Below, one piece after another: positions 25,989 through 35,124 of a stretch of DNA of 64,000 nt. The stretch lies in the NCBI GenBank assembly GCA_944366945.1, contig CALVWJ010000001.1:98404-162403 (forward strand). Reading direction: 5' to 3'. Position 1 is the first letter of the stretch. Each line of letters begins with the position of its first letter. The notes below the pieces were generated by a model. It had not been told where the DNA came from. It did not search any database and saw only the letters and a list, made by a program, of their open reading frames with translations. A program made the position numbers and the translations under genes. The DNA comes from an uncultured Clostridia bacterium. GTDB taxonomy: Bacteria > Bacillota > Clostridia > Christensenellales > CAG-138.

Positions 25989-27619
25989 AACTCACCCATA
26001 GCCTCGCTGCCAAGATTGCGGCGATCTTCCTGTTTATCTTATTGGCCTTTTTTGCGATTTTTTGCATAACCTCCAGCCTCGCCATGATGGATGCAGGATA
26101 CTATTGGTCCGATAGCGTGCAGGATCCAAACCAATCCGATGGATTGGAAATCTCGGGCAGCTTGCCACCGTTTTTCCCATATCGGTATACGCTTCCGGCC
26201 ATTGGGGGCGTCTCGCTCATGGGATGTATCATTCTCTATCTGTTTTTGCTCTGTGCGGCTGGGCACCGAGCCGGGCGGGAAGAAGCGGTATACAATATAC
26301 AAGACCGCATCCCATTTGACCTTTACGTTGTTGCAACTGTGATTGTAATGGCAACGTTGGCCAGCGCGTTTCCGGCTTGGAATATGATGGATGTGCGAGC
26401 AGAAATGTTGGTGCAGGGGCTCAGCAGCCCCGAAGGCGCTGTGATCTTGATTTACTGCTGCTGTATTACCCTTGCGATTGTTGCGTTCCTATCCTTGTCC
26501 ATGACCGCAGCGACGCGCATCAAAACCGGTACGTTCTGGCGCAATACGGTAGTGTATTACGTGCTGCGGCTCTGCTGGCGTGCCCTGTGCTGGATGGGCC
26601 GCGGTGCCCGTACGCTCTTCCGGAATATGGGGCTGATTTGGAAAGCAATCCTAATTTACAGCGCATATGCGCTCATTCTGTTGCTTGTTGGGCGGGAGAC
26701 TTATTTCAGCGCCATGGCAACGCTTTGGTGGATCGGCATAAATATGACTGCGCTTCTTGCACTTTGCTTTTTTATGATTCAGCTATCCCGCTTGCAAGAA
26801 GGCGCAAAACGCCTTGCAGCAGGAGAACTTTCCTACCATGTGCCAACGGAGCATATGTTTTTTGCGCTGAAACAGCATGGGGAAAACCTCAACAGCATCG
26901 GCGCCGGCATGACGCGCGCTGTGGAGGAGCGAATCAAGAGCGAGCGGCTTAAAACCGAACTGATCACCAATGTTTCGCATGATATTAAAACGCCGCTTAC
27001 CTCTATTTTGAATTATGTGGACCTTCTAAAAAAGGAACCGCAGGCAGGGGAAACGGCAAAGGAATACATCGCTGTACTTGATCGACAAGCGCATCGCTTG
27101 AAAAAACTTACTGAAGATGTGCTGGAAGCATCCAAAGCGGCTACAGGGAACATCAAGGTGGAGCTTGCCCCGACTGATGCAGTTGAACTTCTGCGGCAAT
27201 GCGTTGCAGAATATGAAGGACGTTTTCAGCAGGCGGGGCTCGCTACCGTCGTGCAGGCGCCGGAGGGAAAAGCGGCAATTCTTGCGGATGGGCGGCTGCT
27301 CTGGCGCGTGTTCGATAATCTCCTGGGAAATATCGCAAAGTATGCGCAACGGGGTACCCGGGTCTATGCAGCGGTAGCTAAGGATGCATCCGATGTGGTG
27401 GTTACGCTGAAAAACATCTCCCGGGATGCACTCAACATTTCGGAGGAAGAGTTGATGGAGCGTTTTGTACGGGGCGATAGTGCCCGCAGCACAGAGGGCA
27501 GCGGGCTTGGACTCTCAATTGCGCGAAGCCTTGTGGAACTGCAAGGAGGACGCTTTGGAATTGCCATCGACTGCGACTTGTTCAAAGTGGAGCTACGCTT
27601 TTCTGCAATAGAAGAATAA
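25985..27619 (+). CDS. sensor histidine kinase with polytopic N-terminal domain
   Basis: Start at ATG 25985 (ATGA overlap with the RR stop). Multiple TM segments, H-box SHDIKTPLTS, and an ATPase domain with GSGLGLSIA. Confidence 0.88.
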   Translation: MKLTHSLAAKIAAIFLFILLAFFAIFCITSSLAMMDAGYYWSDSVQDPNQSDGLEISGSLPPFFPYRYTLPAIGGVSLMGCIILYLFLLCAAGHRAGREEAVYNIQDRIPFDLYVVATVIVMATLASAFPAWNMMDVRAEMLVQGLSSPEGAVILIYCCCITLAIVAFLSLSMTAATRIKTGTFWRNTVVYYVLRLCWRALCWMGRGARTLFRNMGLIWKAILIYSAYALILLLVGRETYFSAMATLWWIGINMTALLALCFFMIQLSRLQEGAKRLAAGELSYHVPTEHMFFALKQHGENLNSIGAGMTRAVEERIKSERLKTELITNVSHDIKTPLTSILNYVDLLKKEPQAGETAKEYIAVLDRQAHRLKKLTEDVLEASKAATGNIKVELAPTDAVELLRQCVAEYEGRFQQAGLATVVQAPEGKAAILADGRLLWRVFDNLLGNIAKYAQRGTRVYAAVAKDASDVVVTLKNISRDALNISEEELMERFVRGDSARSTEGSGLGLSIARSLVELQGGRFGIAIDCDLFKVELRFSAIEE

Positions 27620-27628
27620 AGCATTTAG

Positions 27629-27675
27629 GGATGCAGTGCACCGGAAAGCGGTTTGCTGCATCCTTCGTTTAATTT
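27629..27675 (+). terminator. probable terminator after the kinase gene
   Basis: GGATGCAG...CTGCATCC with inner CCG/CGG pairs, followed by TTCGTTTAATTT. Confidence 0.5.
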
Positions 27676-28154
27676 GCCGAGTTACATCCGCGTAAAGATG
27701 TTTTGGCTGAGATGTATTTGCGGTTTAAGGCAATTCAAAATGGATTCTTCTGTGATTTTATGAGCACACCTTGCTTCTTAAACTGAGTGCTACTAGCCTT
27801 TTCGATAAACTTTGCGAGGACGCGAATTCCATAAACACATCAAAATACGCTTACGGTAGAAGAAAAGCAAAAGGGAATGTTTGGGCGGTTTGGGGCATGT
27901 GCAGGCGGCCTAAGCGCGATGTGGGCCAGTACCTTCATAAGAAAATGCTTTAAAAGCAGAGAGTGAGACGTAGAATCGGATATTGTGTACCACTTTATTT
28001 TTATAAGCATAACATGCACTGCATTTTACCGGAATAGAAACGAATAAAAATACAAAATAAGAATAAAAATTAATCTATGGAAAGCGTAAAATACCGGAAA
28101 AATGGCTTGAAACGAATACATATCCAAAATTCCGCATAAAAAATGTGGAATTAC

Positions 28155-28183
28155 TTGCAATTTAAACGATGAAAGAGTATAAT
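28155..28183 (+). promoter_or_regulatory. sigma-A type promoter of amino-acid ABC operon
   Basis: TTGCAA (28155-28160), a 17-nt spacer, then TATAAT (28178-28183). Confidence 0.6.
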
Positions 28184-28226
28184 TCGCTGTACAAGAGGAA
28201 CCAATTTGGAAGGGGGATTATAGATA

Positions 28227-29051
28227 ATGAAGATTATGAAACCAATTCTAGCTGTTTTTTGTGCAGCGGCAATGCTGTTGCTGGCTACAGGGTGCGCGGG
28301 CGTCCCGACAAATACTGTATTTAGCCTGGAAGACCTGCCTGGAAAGAAAATTGGCGTGCAGCTTGGCACGACAGGCGATATTGTGTATGCTTCCGAATAT
28401 GAAGATGCGGAAACCTACGGCGAAAACGTTGCAACGGTAGAGCGCTATACAAAGACCAACGACGCGGTGCAGGCGCTCAAACAGGGTAAGCTGGATTGCA
28501 TCATTCTGGATGAACAGCCCGCCAAATACTATGTGGAAGCCAACGATGACCTCATGATTCTCGAAGAGGCGTTTGAGCCGGAGGACTATGCCATCTGCGT
28601 TGCCAAGGAGAATACCGACCTTAAGGATCAGATCAATGCTGCGCTTGCGACCCTAAAGGAAAACGGGACGCTTGATAACATCATTGCCAACTATATCGGC
28701 GAAGATGACGTTCAAGGCACAATGCCTTATGTTTCGAGCAATACGGATTATTCCAATGGCAAGCTCGTGATGGTTACGGAAGCGACCTTCCCGCCCTATG
28801 AGTATTACGAAGGCGGCGATGGCAAGATTGTTGGCATCGACGTAGATCTTGCGCAGGCGATTGCCGACATCCTCAAGATGGAGCTTGAGGTGCAGGACAT
28901 CGCGTTTGATTCCATCGTGACTTCCGTGCAAACGGGCAAGGCGGACATCGGCGTTGCGGGCCTTACGATTACGGAAGACCGCCTCGTGAACGTTGATTTC
29001 ACCGAACCTTACACCACCTCCACGCAGGTTATTATCGTTCGCGCAAAATAA
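28227..29051 (+). CDS. amino-acid ABC transporter substrate-binding lipoprotein
   Basis: 274 aa. Signal peptide with lipobox LLATGC. Family-3 SBP features. Confidence 0.88.
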   Translation: MKIMKPILAVFCAAAMLLLATGCAGVPTNTVFSLEDLPGKKIGVQLGTTGDIVYASEYEDAETYGENVATVERYTKTNDAVQALKQGKLDCIILDEQPAKYYVEANDDLMILEEAFEPEDYAICVAKENTDLKDQINAALATLKENGTLDNIIANYIGEDDVQGTMPYVSSNTDYSNGKLVMVTEATFPPYEYYEGGDGKIVGIDVDLAQAIADILKMELEVQDIAFDSIVTSVQTGKADIGVAGLTITEDRLVNVDFTEPYTTSTQVIIVRAK

Positions 29052-29115
29052 ATTGCGCGCACTTGCAAGGGGTGCGCAAAGTCCTTTATAATTAAAACAA
29101 CGGGGAAACCAAAAT

Positions 29116-29140
29116 GCCGCGGGCAGTTTCTGCCTGCGGC
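29116..29140 (+). other. intercistronic stem-loop between SBP and permease genes
   Basis: GCCGCGGGCAG-ttt-CTGCCTGCGGC (11 bp, one G-U pair) with no U-tract. A second hairpin lies at 29052-29078. Confidence 0.4.
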
Positions 29141-29207
29141 ATGGTTGCCTCATTGCACATCCATTTTGCAGCATTGGGAACACAATTTTAGAAATGAGGG
29201 GGGAACT

Positions 29208-29960
29208 ATGATAGCAGCAATCGATATTGGCGCATGGTTTGAAACCATTTATGCATGGCTGCAAAACGCATGGGCGAATCTAAGCTCCGATTTTTACCTC
29301 AACTTTATCAAGGAAGACCGCTGGAAGTTCCTGGTGCGCGGCTTGGGCGTTACACTTGAGGTGGCGTTTTTTGCCGCCATTGCAGGCATTGTTTTGGGCG
29401 CCTTGCTGGCGATTATTAGAACTACGGCCGACAAAGCCGGCAGGCTTCGGTTTTTGAATTGGCTTGCGAAGCTCTATATTACCGTTGTGCGTGGTACGCC
29501 GGTTGTTGTGCAGCTTTTGATTATTAATTTTGTTATTTTTTCTTCCGCTTTCATCGATGCAGTCATCGTAGCGATCATTGCTTTCGGCTTGAATTCTGCA
29601 GCCTATGTTGCAGAGGTATTCCGCTCAGGCATCATGAGCATAGATGAAGGGCAGTTTGAAGCGGGGCGCAGCCTGGGCTTCAGCTACGGGCAGACGATGC
29701 TGTATATTGTGATGCCGCAGGCATTCAAAAACGTGTTGCCTGCGCTCGCCAACGAATTTATTACACTTTTGAAGGAAACCTCTGTTTCCGGCTATATCGG
29801 GCTGATTGATCTTACAAAGGCGGGCGACATTATCCGCAGCCGCACATTTTCTGCATTTTTCCCGCTGATCGCCGTGGCGCTGGTGTATCTTATCATGGTC
29901 GTGGTACTCTCTGCGGGTGTAACCAGGTTGGAAAGGAGGCTTCGCAATGGCGCAAGGTAA
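29208..29960 (+). CDS. amino-acid ABC transporter permease
   Basis: Start at ATG 29208 (MIAAIDIG...). Polar amino acid permease family with an EAA-like loop ([11 protein letters not shown]). Confidence 0.88.
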   Translation: MIAAIDIGAWFETIYAWLQNAWANLSSDFYLNFIKEDRWKFLVRGLGVTLEVAFFAAIAGIVLGALLAIIRTTADKAGRLRFLNWLAKLYITVVRGTPVVVQLLIINFVIFSSAFIDAVIVAIIAFGLNSAAYVAEVFRSGIMSIDEGQFEAGRSLGFSYGQTMLYIVMPQAFKNVLPALANEFITLLKETSVSGYIGLIDLTKAGDIIRSRTFSAFFPLIAVALVYLIMVVVLSAGVTRLERRLRNGAR

Positions 29961-30687
29961 TCCTCTGATTGAGGTAGTAGGGCTAAAAAAATACTTCGGT
30001 GAAGTGCATGCGCTGGACGACATCACGGAAACCATCTATGAAGGTGAAGTGGTGGCAGTGATAGGGCCATCGGGCTCGGGAAAATCTACGTTTTTGCGTT
30101 CGCTCAACCTCCTTGAAACGCCAACGGCTGGGCATGTGCGAATGGAAGGCGTGGATATTACGGATCCCAAAACGGATATTGACATGCTGCGGCAGAAAAT
30201 GGGCATGGTATTCCAGCAGTTTAATCTTTTCCCGCATATGACGATCCTAAAAAACCTAACGCTTGCACCCATGAAGCTGCAAAAGCTCAGCGAGGCGGAT
30301 GCAAATGCGCGCGCCATGGCGCTGCTTACGCGGGTAGGCCTTGCAGATCGCGCGGGGGCATACCCGGCGCAGCTTTCCGGCGGGCAGAAGCAGCGCATTG
30401 CCATCGTGCGCGCCCTTGCAATGCAGCCGGATGTGATGCTGTTCGATGAGCCAACCAGCGCGCTTGACCCGGAGATGGTGGGTGAAGTACTGGAAGTTAT
30501 GCGCAACTTGGCCTGCGATGGAATGACCATGGTTGTTGTGACCCATGAAATGGGGTTTGCGCGCGAGGTTGCCTCCCGCGTACTGTTTATGGACGGTGGG
30601 CGCATCGTGGAGCAAAACACGCCGCAAGAACTGTTTGAACATCCAAAAAGCGAACGCCTTAAGAGCTTCCTCGCAAAGGTGCTGTAG
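29947..30687 (+). CDS. amino-acid ABC transporter ATP-binding protein
   Basis: 246 aa. Motifs [17 protein letters not shown] and [11 protein letters not shown]. Overlaps the permease 3' end. Confidence 0.92.
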   Translation: MAQGNPLIEVVGLKKYFGEVHALDDITETIYEGEVVAVIGPSGSGKSTFLRSLNLLETPTAGHVRMEGVDITDPKTDIDMLRQKMGMVFQQFNLFPHMTILKNLTLAPMKLQKLSEADANARAMALLTRVGLADRAGAYPAQLSGGQKQRIAIVRALAMQPDVMLFDEPTSALDPEMVGEVLEVMRNLACDGMTMVVVTHEMGFAREVASRVLFMDGGRIVEQNTPQELFEHPKSERLKSFLAKVL

Positions 30688-30689
30688 CG

Positions 30690-31085
30690 ATGGGCAATAA
30701 ATATGCATGGTTGGATGCCTACCTTTTAAGCAAACCGGGTGCAATGCGAGACTATAAGCTCGAATGGGACTGGCTGCGCTATCTGGTTGCAGGGAAGCAG
30801 TTCGCCGCCATCTGCACGCCGGATGAAAAATATAAACCGCATGGAGGACGCACAATGGTATTGCTCAAGTGCGACCCCATGCTTGCGGAGCTTTACCGGC
30901 AGCAATATGCGGATGTTGTGCCGGGGTTTTATTCGGACAAACGCACTTGGAACAGCGTGTACCTGGATGGCGCTGTGCCGGAAGAAACCTTGCGCGCAAT
31001 GTGCGACATGTCCTATGCATTGGTGTTTGCCAAGCTGACGAAAAAAGTGCAGCAAGAGATAAAGCTGGGAAGAAATCCGCTATAG
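30690..31085 (+). CDS. MmcQ/YjbR family protein
   Basis: 131 aa with the typical YjbR-like sequence (KxFAxI...VxLKCDP...YxxKxxWNSV). Confidence 0.75.
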   Translation: MGNKYAWLDAYLLSKPGAMRDYKLEWDWLRYLVAGKQFAAICTPDEKYKPHGGRTMVLLKCDPMLAELYRQQYADVVPGFYSDKRTWNSVYLDGAVPEETLRAMCDMSYALVFAKLTKKVQQEIKLGRNPL

Positions 31086-31424
31086 CGGACGGCGCATTGG
31101 AACATTCGATGTTTAAGCAGGTTGGGAGAACGAGAAAGGTCCCCCTGCTTTTTGGTATTTAGAACAATTTCGAAAGATACAACCCACGATTTTATGCGAT
31201 TTGCAAAAAACAGCAAGTGTATCTCGCCCTAATCATGAAGCAATATGCTATATAGCTTCAACTTGCAACCGCGCTTTGTTGGAGTATGAATCCTCTGGTA
31301 ACTTCCTTTGCTAAGCAAAATCTTTGCCTTAAGGATAATGATGCGCTGTGTGCCTTTTCCCTATTCCTCAAATGTGTGGGAGTATTCCTATTTGCTGGTG
31401 GAAACAGAATCCATCCCATTCGCA

Positions 31425-31458
31425 TGCAAAAAGAGCCTTGCGGTTCGCAAGACTCTTT
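31425..31458 (-). terminator. intrinsic terminator after vanW-family gene
   Basis: On the minus strand: AGAGTCTTGCG-aac-CGCAAGGCTCT followed by TTTTGC. Confidence 0.6.
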
Positions 31459-31502
31459 GAATAATTATGCGCCATAAGAACGCTTTCCCATGTAGGGCAA
31501 TA

Positions 31503-33077
31503 TTATTCTTCTGCCGGCGTCAACTTATATTCTGGAAGCAGCGGCGTACCGGCAACGTAGCCCGGCCAGACATAATATCGGTTAGGATGCATCCTATAGG
31601 TTGTGGTGGTGATCTTCTCGCGGCGCACCTCTACGCCAGCAAGCTTGTAGATCTTAAACGTATCATAAACATAGCCCTTTTTCGCCTCGTTTTTCACCAT
31701 CCAGTAGGGATATGTGAGCGAAGCGTTTGGAATAAACTCATCCGCTGTGGGCTGAATGGGGTCTTTTTCGACGGAATAAAGCTCGATCTCATCGAAATCG
31801 CCGGAAAAAGGTAGCCCATAGATTTCACACCAGATTTTCTTTTCATTTGTATCGATCCAGGCAAACACATAGATAGGAGCCTCCGTATTATTGCTCCATT
31901 TAAAATCGATGGTGCCTGTATTGATCGTAGCATCCAAGCCGCCGTCCACATAGCTCAACCGGCTTGAATGCGCCTGCCGGTAAACGATCTCGTAGTCGCC
32001 CATCAACACTGCGTTGTACATGGTGGTCGAGACCTGGCATACGCCGCCGCCCGGCTGATCTTCCGTGTCCGCGCCACCTTCGATTACGGCGGGTGCAGGC
32101 TGCCAGCCATACTTTTCATAACGGGGGCCCAGCGTATCGTTGCACGAAAAAACATCGCCGGGCTGGAGCACGGTGCCATAAATGAGCCCGCAGGCCTTAG
32201 TCATATTGTGTACGCGCGTGGCGCGGCCATAATTGCCCCGCGAATAGCTAGTCCAAGCGCTGGAACGAAGCACCAAAGACTGCTTAATCGTAGCGATGGT
32301 AACGGAAGGATAGAGCACGGAAAGCTCAAAATTGATCTCTCCATATTCTCCGGCTTCGGCGCGCTCACGGATAAGCGCAGCGAGGGCATCTTGATCAAGC
32401 GAATAGCCTTGCGTGCCTTCCACAAAGTCAAAACGCTTATCCCGCAGATCTGCGCCAGCGGCGATCTCTTCTTCTGTAAGGCCAATGTTGACGGCGTTGG
32501 AGGCTTCTGTTTCTTCATTGAGCTCCAGCTGCTTTACAGAGAACGTTGCGTCCACCGCAGGGGTATCAAGCTCAGAAGCCATTTTTGCAACAAAGCCTTC
32601 TACATCATTCGGCACAGCAGTATAAGAAATGGTAAAGGTGCGTCCGTTTTCCGCAATATCTGCAAGCTCTTCCTGCAGAGAGTGCAGATCGCCTTCACGT
32701 CCGAGCGCCATAGCTTCCGCCAAAACGGCATCGGTATCAAATACGATGTCAAAATGAGACTGATCATAGATGTAGGTGTGTTCTCCATCCGTAATGCGGA
32801 AAGAAACATCGCTTACAAGCGCTTGTTCCGCATCCTTGAGAGCCTCTGTCGCCTCGGCAATCGTCATGCCGGAAACATCTACACCCTGCACGGTAATGCC
32901 CGGATGGAACGTGCCGGAGGTGATGATGCTTTGCCGTAACTCCTCGCGATCCGAACGGATTTTAAGGAACAATAATGTGCCGGCCACCACCAATACTGCG
33001 GCAACCGCAACGAGTGTAACCGTCAGCCGCTTTTTGCTGCCGGAAGGCGTTTTGCTTTCGGTTCCAAGTTCTGCCAT
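31503..33077 (-). CDS. VanW family protein (N-terminal TM, PG-binding-like region, VanW domain, C-terminal G5-like domain)
   Basis: 524 aa. VanW core containing GGGVCQVSTTMYNA. Confidence 0.8.
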   Translation of the reverse strand: MAELGTESKTPSGSKKRLTVTLVAVAAVLVVAGTLLFLKIRSDREELRQSIITSGTFHPGITVQGVDVSGMTIAEATEALKDAEQALVSDVSFRITDGEHTYIYDQSHFDIVFDTDAVLAEAMALGREGDLHSLQEELADIAENGRTFTISYTAVPNDVEGFVAKMASELDTPAVDATFSVKQLELNEETEASNAVNIGLTEEEIAAGADLRDKRFDFVEGTQGYSLDQDALAALIRERAEAGEYGEINFELSVLYPSVTIATIKQSLVLRSSAWTSYSRGNYGRATRVHNMTKACGLIYGTVLQPGDVFSCNDTLGPRYEKYGWQPAPAVIEGGADTEDQPGGGVCQVSTTMYNAVLMGDYEIVYRQAHSSRLSYVDGGLDATINTGTIDFKWSNNTEAPIYVFAWIDTNEKKIWCEIYGLPFSGDFDEIELYSVEKDPIQPTADEFIPNASLTYPYWMVKNEAKKGYVYDTFKIYKLAGVEVRREKITTTTYRMHPNRYYVWPGYVAGTPLLPEYKLTPAEE

Positions 33078-33149
33078 GGGCTATTACCTCATGTTTGTCT
33101 GATAATTTGGCGCGATTTCTACGCAAAAAACGCAGCGTACCACTCTGCT

Positions 33150-33179
33150 ATTATAATCGCGTGGCAATGAAGATGTAAA
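33150..33179 (-). promoter_or_regulatory. candidate promoter of vanW-family gene
   Basis: On the minus strand: TTTACA (33174-33179), an 18-nt spacer, then TATAAT (33150-33155). Confidence 0.4.
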
Positions 33180-33258
33180 GGGCATTATGGCAGGATAGGG
33201 CGGAAAAAACAGAAAGTTTACACTTTGGCCGCAACTGATTCGTGCAGAGCGCGCAGGG

Positions 33259-33287
33259 TTGCGTTTCCAAAAAATTAACGGTATAAT
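33259..33287 (+). promoter_or_regulatory. candidate promoter of ECF-S/coaX
   Basis: TTGCGT (33259-33264), a 17-nt spacer, then TATAAT (33282-33287). Confidence 0.5.
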
Positions 33288-33335
33288 ATGCAATTGATAG
33301 GTAAGCTGAGTAACGGTTTACGGGAGGAAATAAAT

Positions 33336-33935
33336 ATGGAACGGAACAAGGTTCGCAAGTTGGTGCTTTATGCATTATTCGTGGCGTTAATCTTTGTGCT
33401 GGGGCTCACGCCGGTTGGCTTGATCCCACTTGGCTTTATTAATGTAACGCTCCTTTGCATCCCAACGATTGTGGGAACCGTGATTTTAGGCCTAAAGGCA
33501 GGGCTTGTGCTGGGCTTCTTTTTCGGCACGGCAAGCCTGCTCTCGGCATTGGGGATTTCCCTTGTGCCGCAAAGCGGCCTTGCGGCAATGCTTTTGGCTG
33601 AGAACCCGTTCTTTGTGGTACTGATGTGCTACATTCCGCGGCTGCTTGTGCCTGTTGTTACCTATTTTGTCCATTTCGCTTGCACACGTAGACGGAAGAG
33701 CAGCCTTGCCGTGATTCCCGCAGCAATTTGCGGCTCTCTTACCAATACGGTATTTTACCTTGGGTTAATGCTGCTGTTCTTCGTGATCTGCGGGCTGGAT
33801 TCGGCGCCCGTTCTGGCCGTAATTGGCGGCACCGGTTTGATCGCAGGGTCCCTTGAAGCGGCGGCGGCTGCGCTTATTGCAACGCCCGTGGTAGCGGCGC
33901 TCTCCCGGATGGGCATCACTGGCAACAAAGATTGA
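33336..33935 (+). CDS. ECF transporter S component (substrate possibly pantothenate, by adjacency to coaX)
   Basis: Start at ATG 33336. About 199 aa with 6 TM segments, resembling an ECF S-unit. The substrate assignment is inference only. Confidence 0.65.
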   Translation: MERNKVRKLVLYALFVALIFVLGLTPVGLIPLGFINVTLLCIPTIVGTVILGLKAGLVLGFFFGTASLLSALGISLVPQSGLAAMLLAENPFFVVLMCYIPRLLVPVVTYFVHFACTRRRKSSLAVIPAAICGSLTNTVFYLGLMLLFFVICGLDSAPVLAVIGGTGLIAGSLEAAAAALIATPVVAALSRMGITGNKD

Positions 33936-33948
33936 AAGGGAATCGTTT

Positions 33949-34716
33949 ATGCTCCTTGCGATGGACATCGGAAACACCAACATCAAAACGGGTATTTATA
34001 AGGATGGGAAGCTGCTCAACTCCTGGCGCATGACGACGGATCTGCATCGCACTTCCGATGAATATGGCGTGCAAATGGAATCGTTTTTCGGCCATCTTGG
34101 GCTTTCCACGCGGGATGTGCGCGGCATCATTATTTCTTCCGTTGTGCCATCGATCAATTATACCATCGAGCACATGTGCCAGCTTTATTTCTTCGGGCAG
34201 CAGCCCATGATGGTAAGCTCAGCTTTGGAGCTTGGGCTGGATGTGTGGTATGATTATCCGGAGCTTTTGGGTGCAGACCGCATCTGCAATGCCGTTGCTG
34301 CCTATCGCAGCTATGGCGGCCCTGTCATCATCATTGACTTTGGAACGGCAACCACGTTTTCTGTTGTTTCTGAAGAAGGGGCGTTTATCGGCGGCGCAAT
34401 CGGCCCAGGCATCATCGTCTCCACGGATGCGCTTGTGGAGAAGGCGGCGCTGCTTCATAAGGTTGAGTATATCAAGCCGGAACATGCCATCTGCACAAAC
34501 ACAAAGGACAGCATTCAATCCGGCATTATTAATGGGTATGTGGGGTTTGTGGAGAACATTGTGCGGCAGATGGAAAAGGAGCTTTCCGCCCCGCCTACGG
34601 TTGTTGCAACGGGGGGCATGTCCTCCATGATCGCTGCAGAAACCGATAGTATCGATGTGCTGCACCCAACGCTTACGCTGGAAGGCCTCAATTATATTTA
34701 CCTTATGAACCAGTAA
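33949..34716 (+). CDS. coaX: type III pantothenate kinase
   Basis: 255 aa. N-terminal MLLAMDIGNTNIK and the GTATT motif region. Confidence 0.9.
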   Translation: MLLAMDIGNTNIKTGIYKDGKLLNSWRMTTDLHRTSDEYGVQMESFFGHLGLSTRDVRGIIISSVVPSINYTIEHMCQLYFFGQQPMMVSSALELGLDVWYDYPELLGADRICNAVAAYRSYGGPVIIIDFGTATTFSVVSEEGAFIGGAIGPGIIVSTDALVEKAALLHKVEYIKPEHAICTNTKDSIQSGIINGYVGFVENIVRQMEKELSAPPTVVATGGMSSMIAAETDSIDVLHPTLTLEGLNYIYLMNQ

Positions 34717-34725
34717 AAACGCAGC

Positions 34726-34908
34726 TTAGTATTGCTTGAGATAGACGATTGCACAGCCGATGCTCAGCAGAAGCTGCAGCGCGAACAGCCCGTAACACAC
34801 ATTGCGCCGCCGGGTATCCTTGCGGCGCTTAAATATTTCTGCGCCAATCAACGGCACTACGGGAATAGAGCCTACATAAAGGAGAAAAAGAGCATCCAAT
34901 TGTTTCAC
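34726..34908 (-). CDS. possible small membrane protein
   Basis: 60 aa with two hydrophobic stretches. GTG start with poorly spaced AGGA. Weak call. Confidence 0.3.
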   Translation of the reverse strand: MKQLDALFLLYVGSIPVVPLIGAEIFKRRKDTRRRNVCYGLFALQLLLSIGCAIVYLKQY

Positions 34909-35124
34909 ATCCTAAAATGGTCTATTTGCTGGTATATATGCTATCATTGTTAAGCTGCCAAACACAATATGGGATGTTTGGAAGCGCGGCCAATTGCTTC
35001 CGCAATGTTGCTTTAACTGGCTTTATGTTTAATCTGGGAAAATGCATGCGCGGAGTTTTCATTCCGCGCTTTATTTGGTAAAATAGAATAGGTGCGTATA
35101 GAGGAAAGATGGAACGGGATCCAT

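Noticed and set aside
27771-27953. 60-aa ORF in the AT-rich spacer after the kinase gene.
   Set aside because: No RBS, a Lys/Arg/Cys-rich sequence and no homolog recognised.
34909-35124. Searched for an SOS (Cheo/LexA) box upstream of uvrB.
   Set aside because: No GAAC-N4-GTTC motif is present. I cannot claim LexA control.
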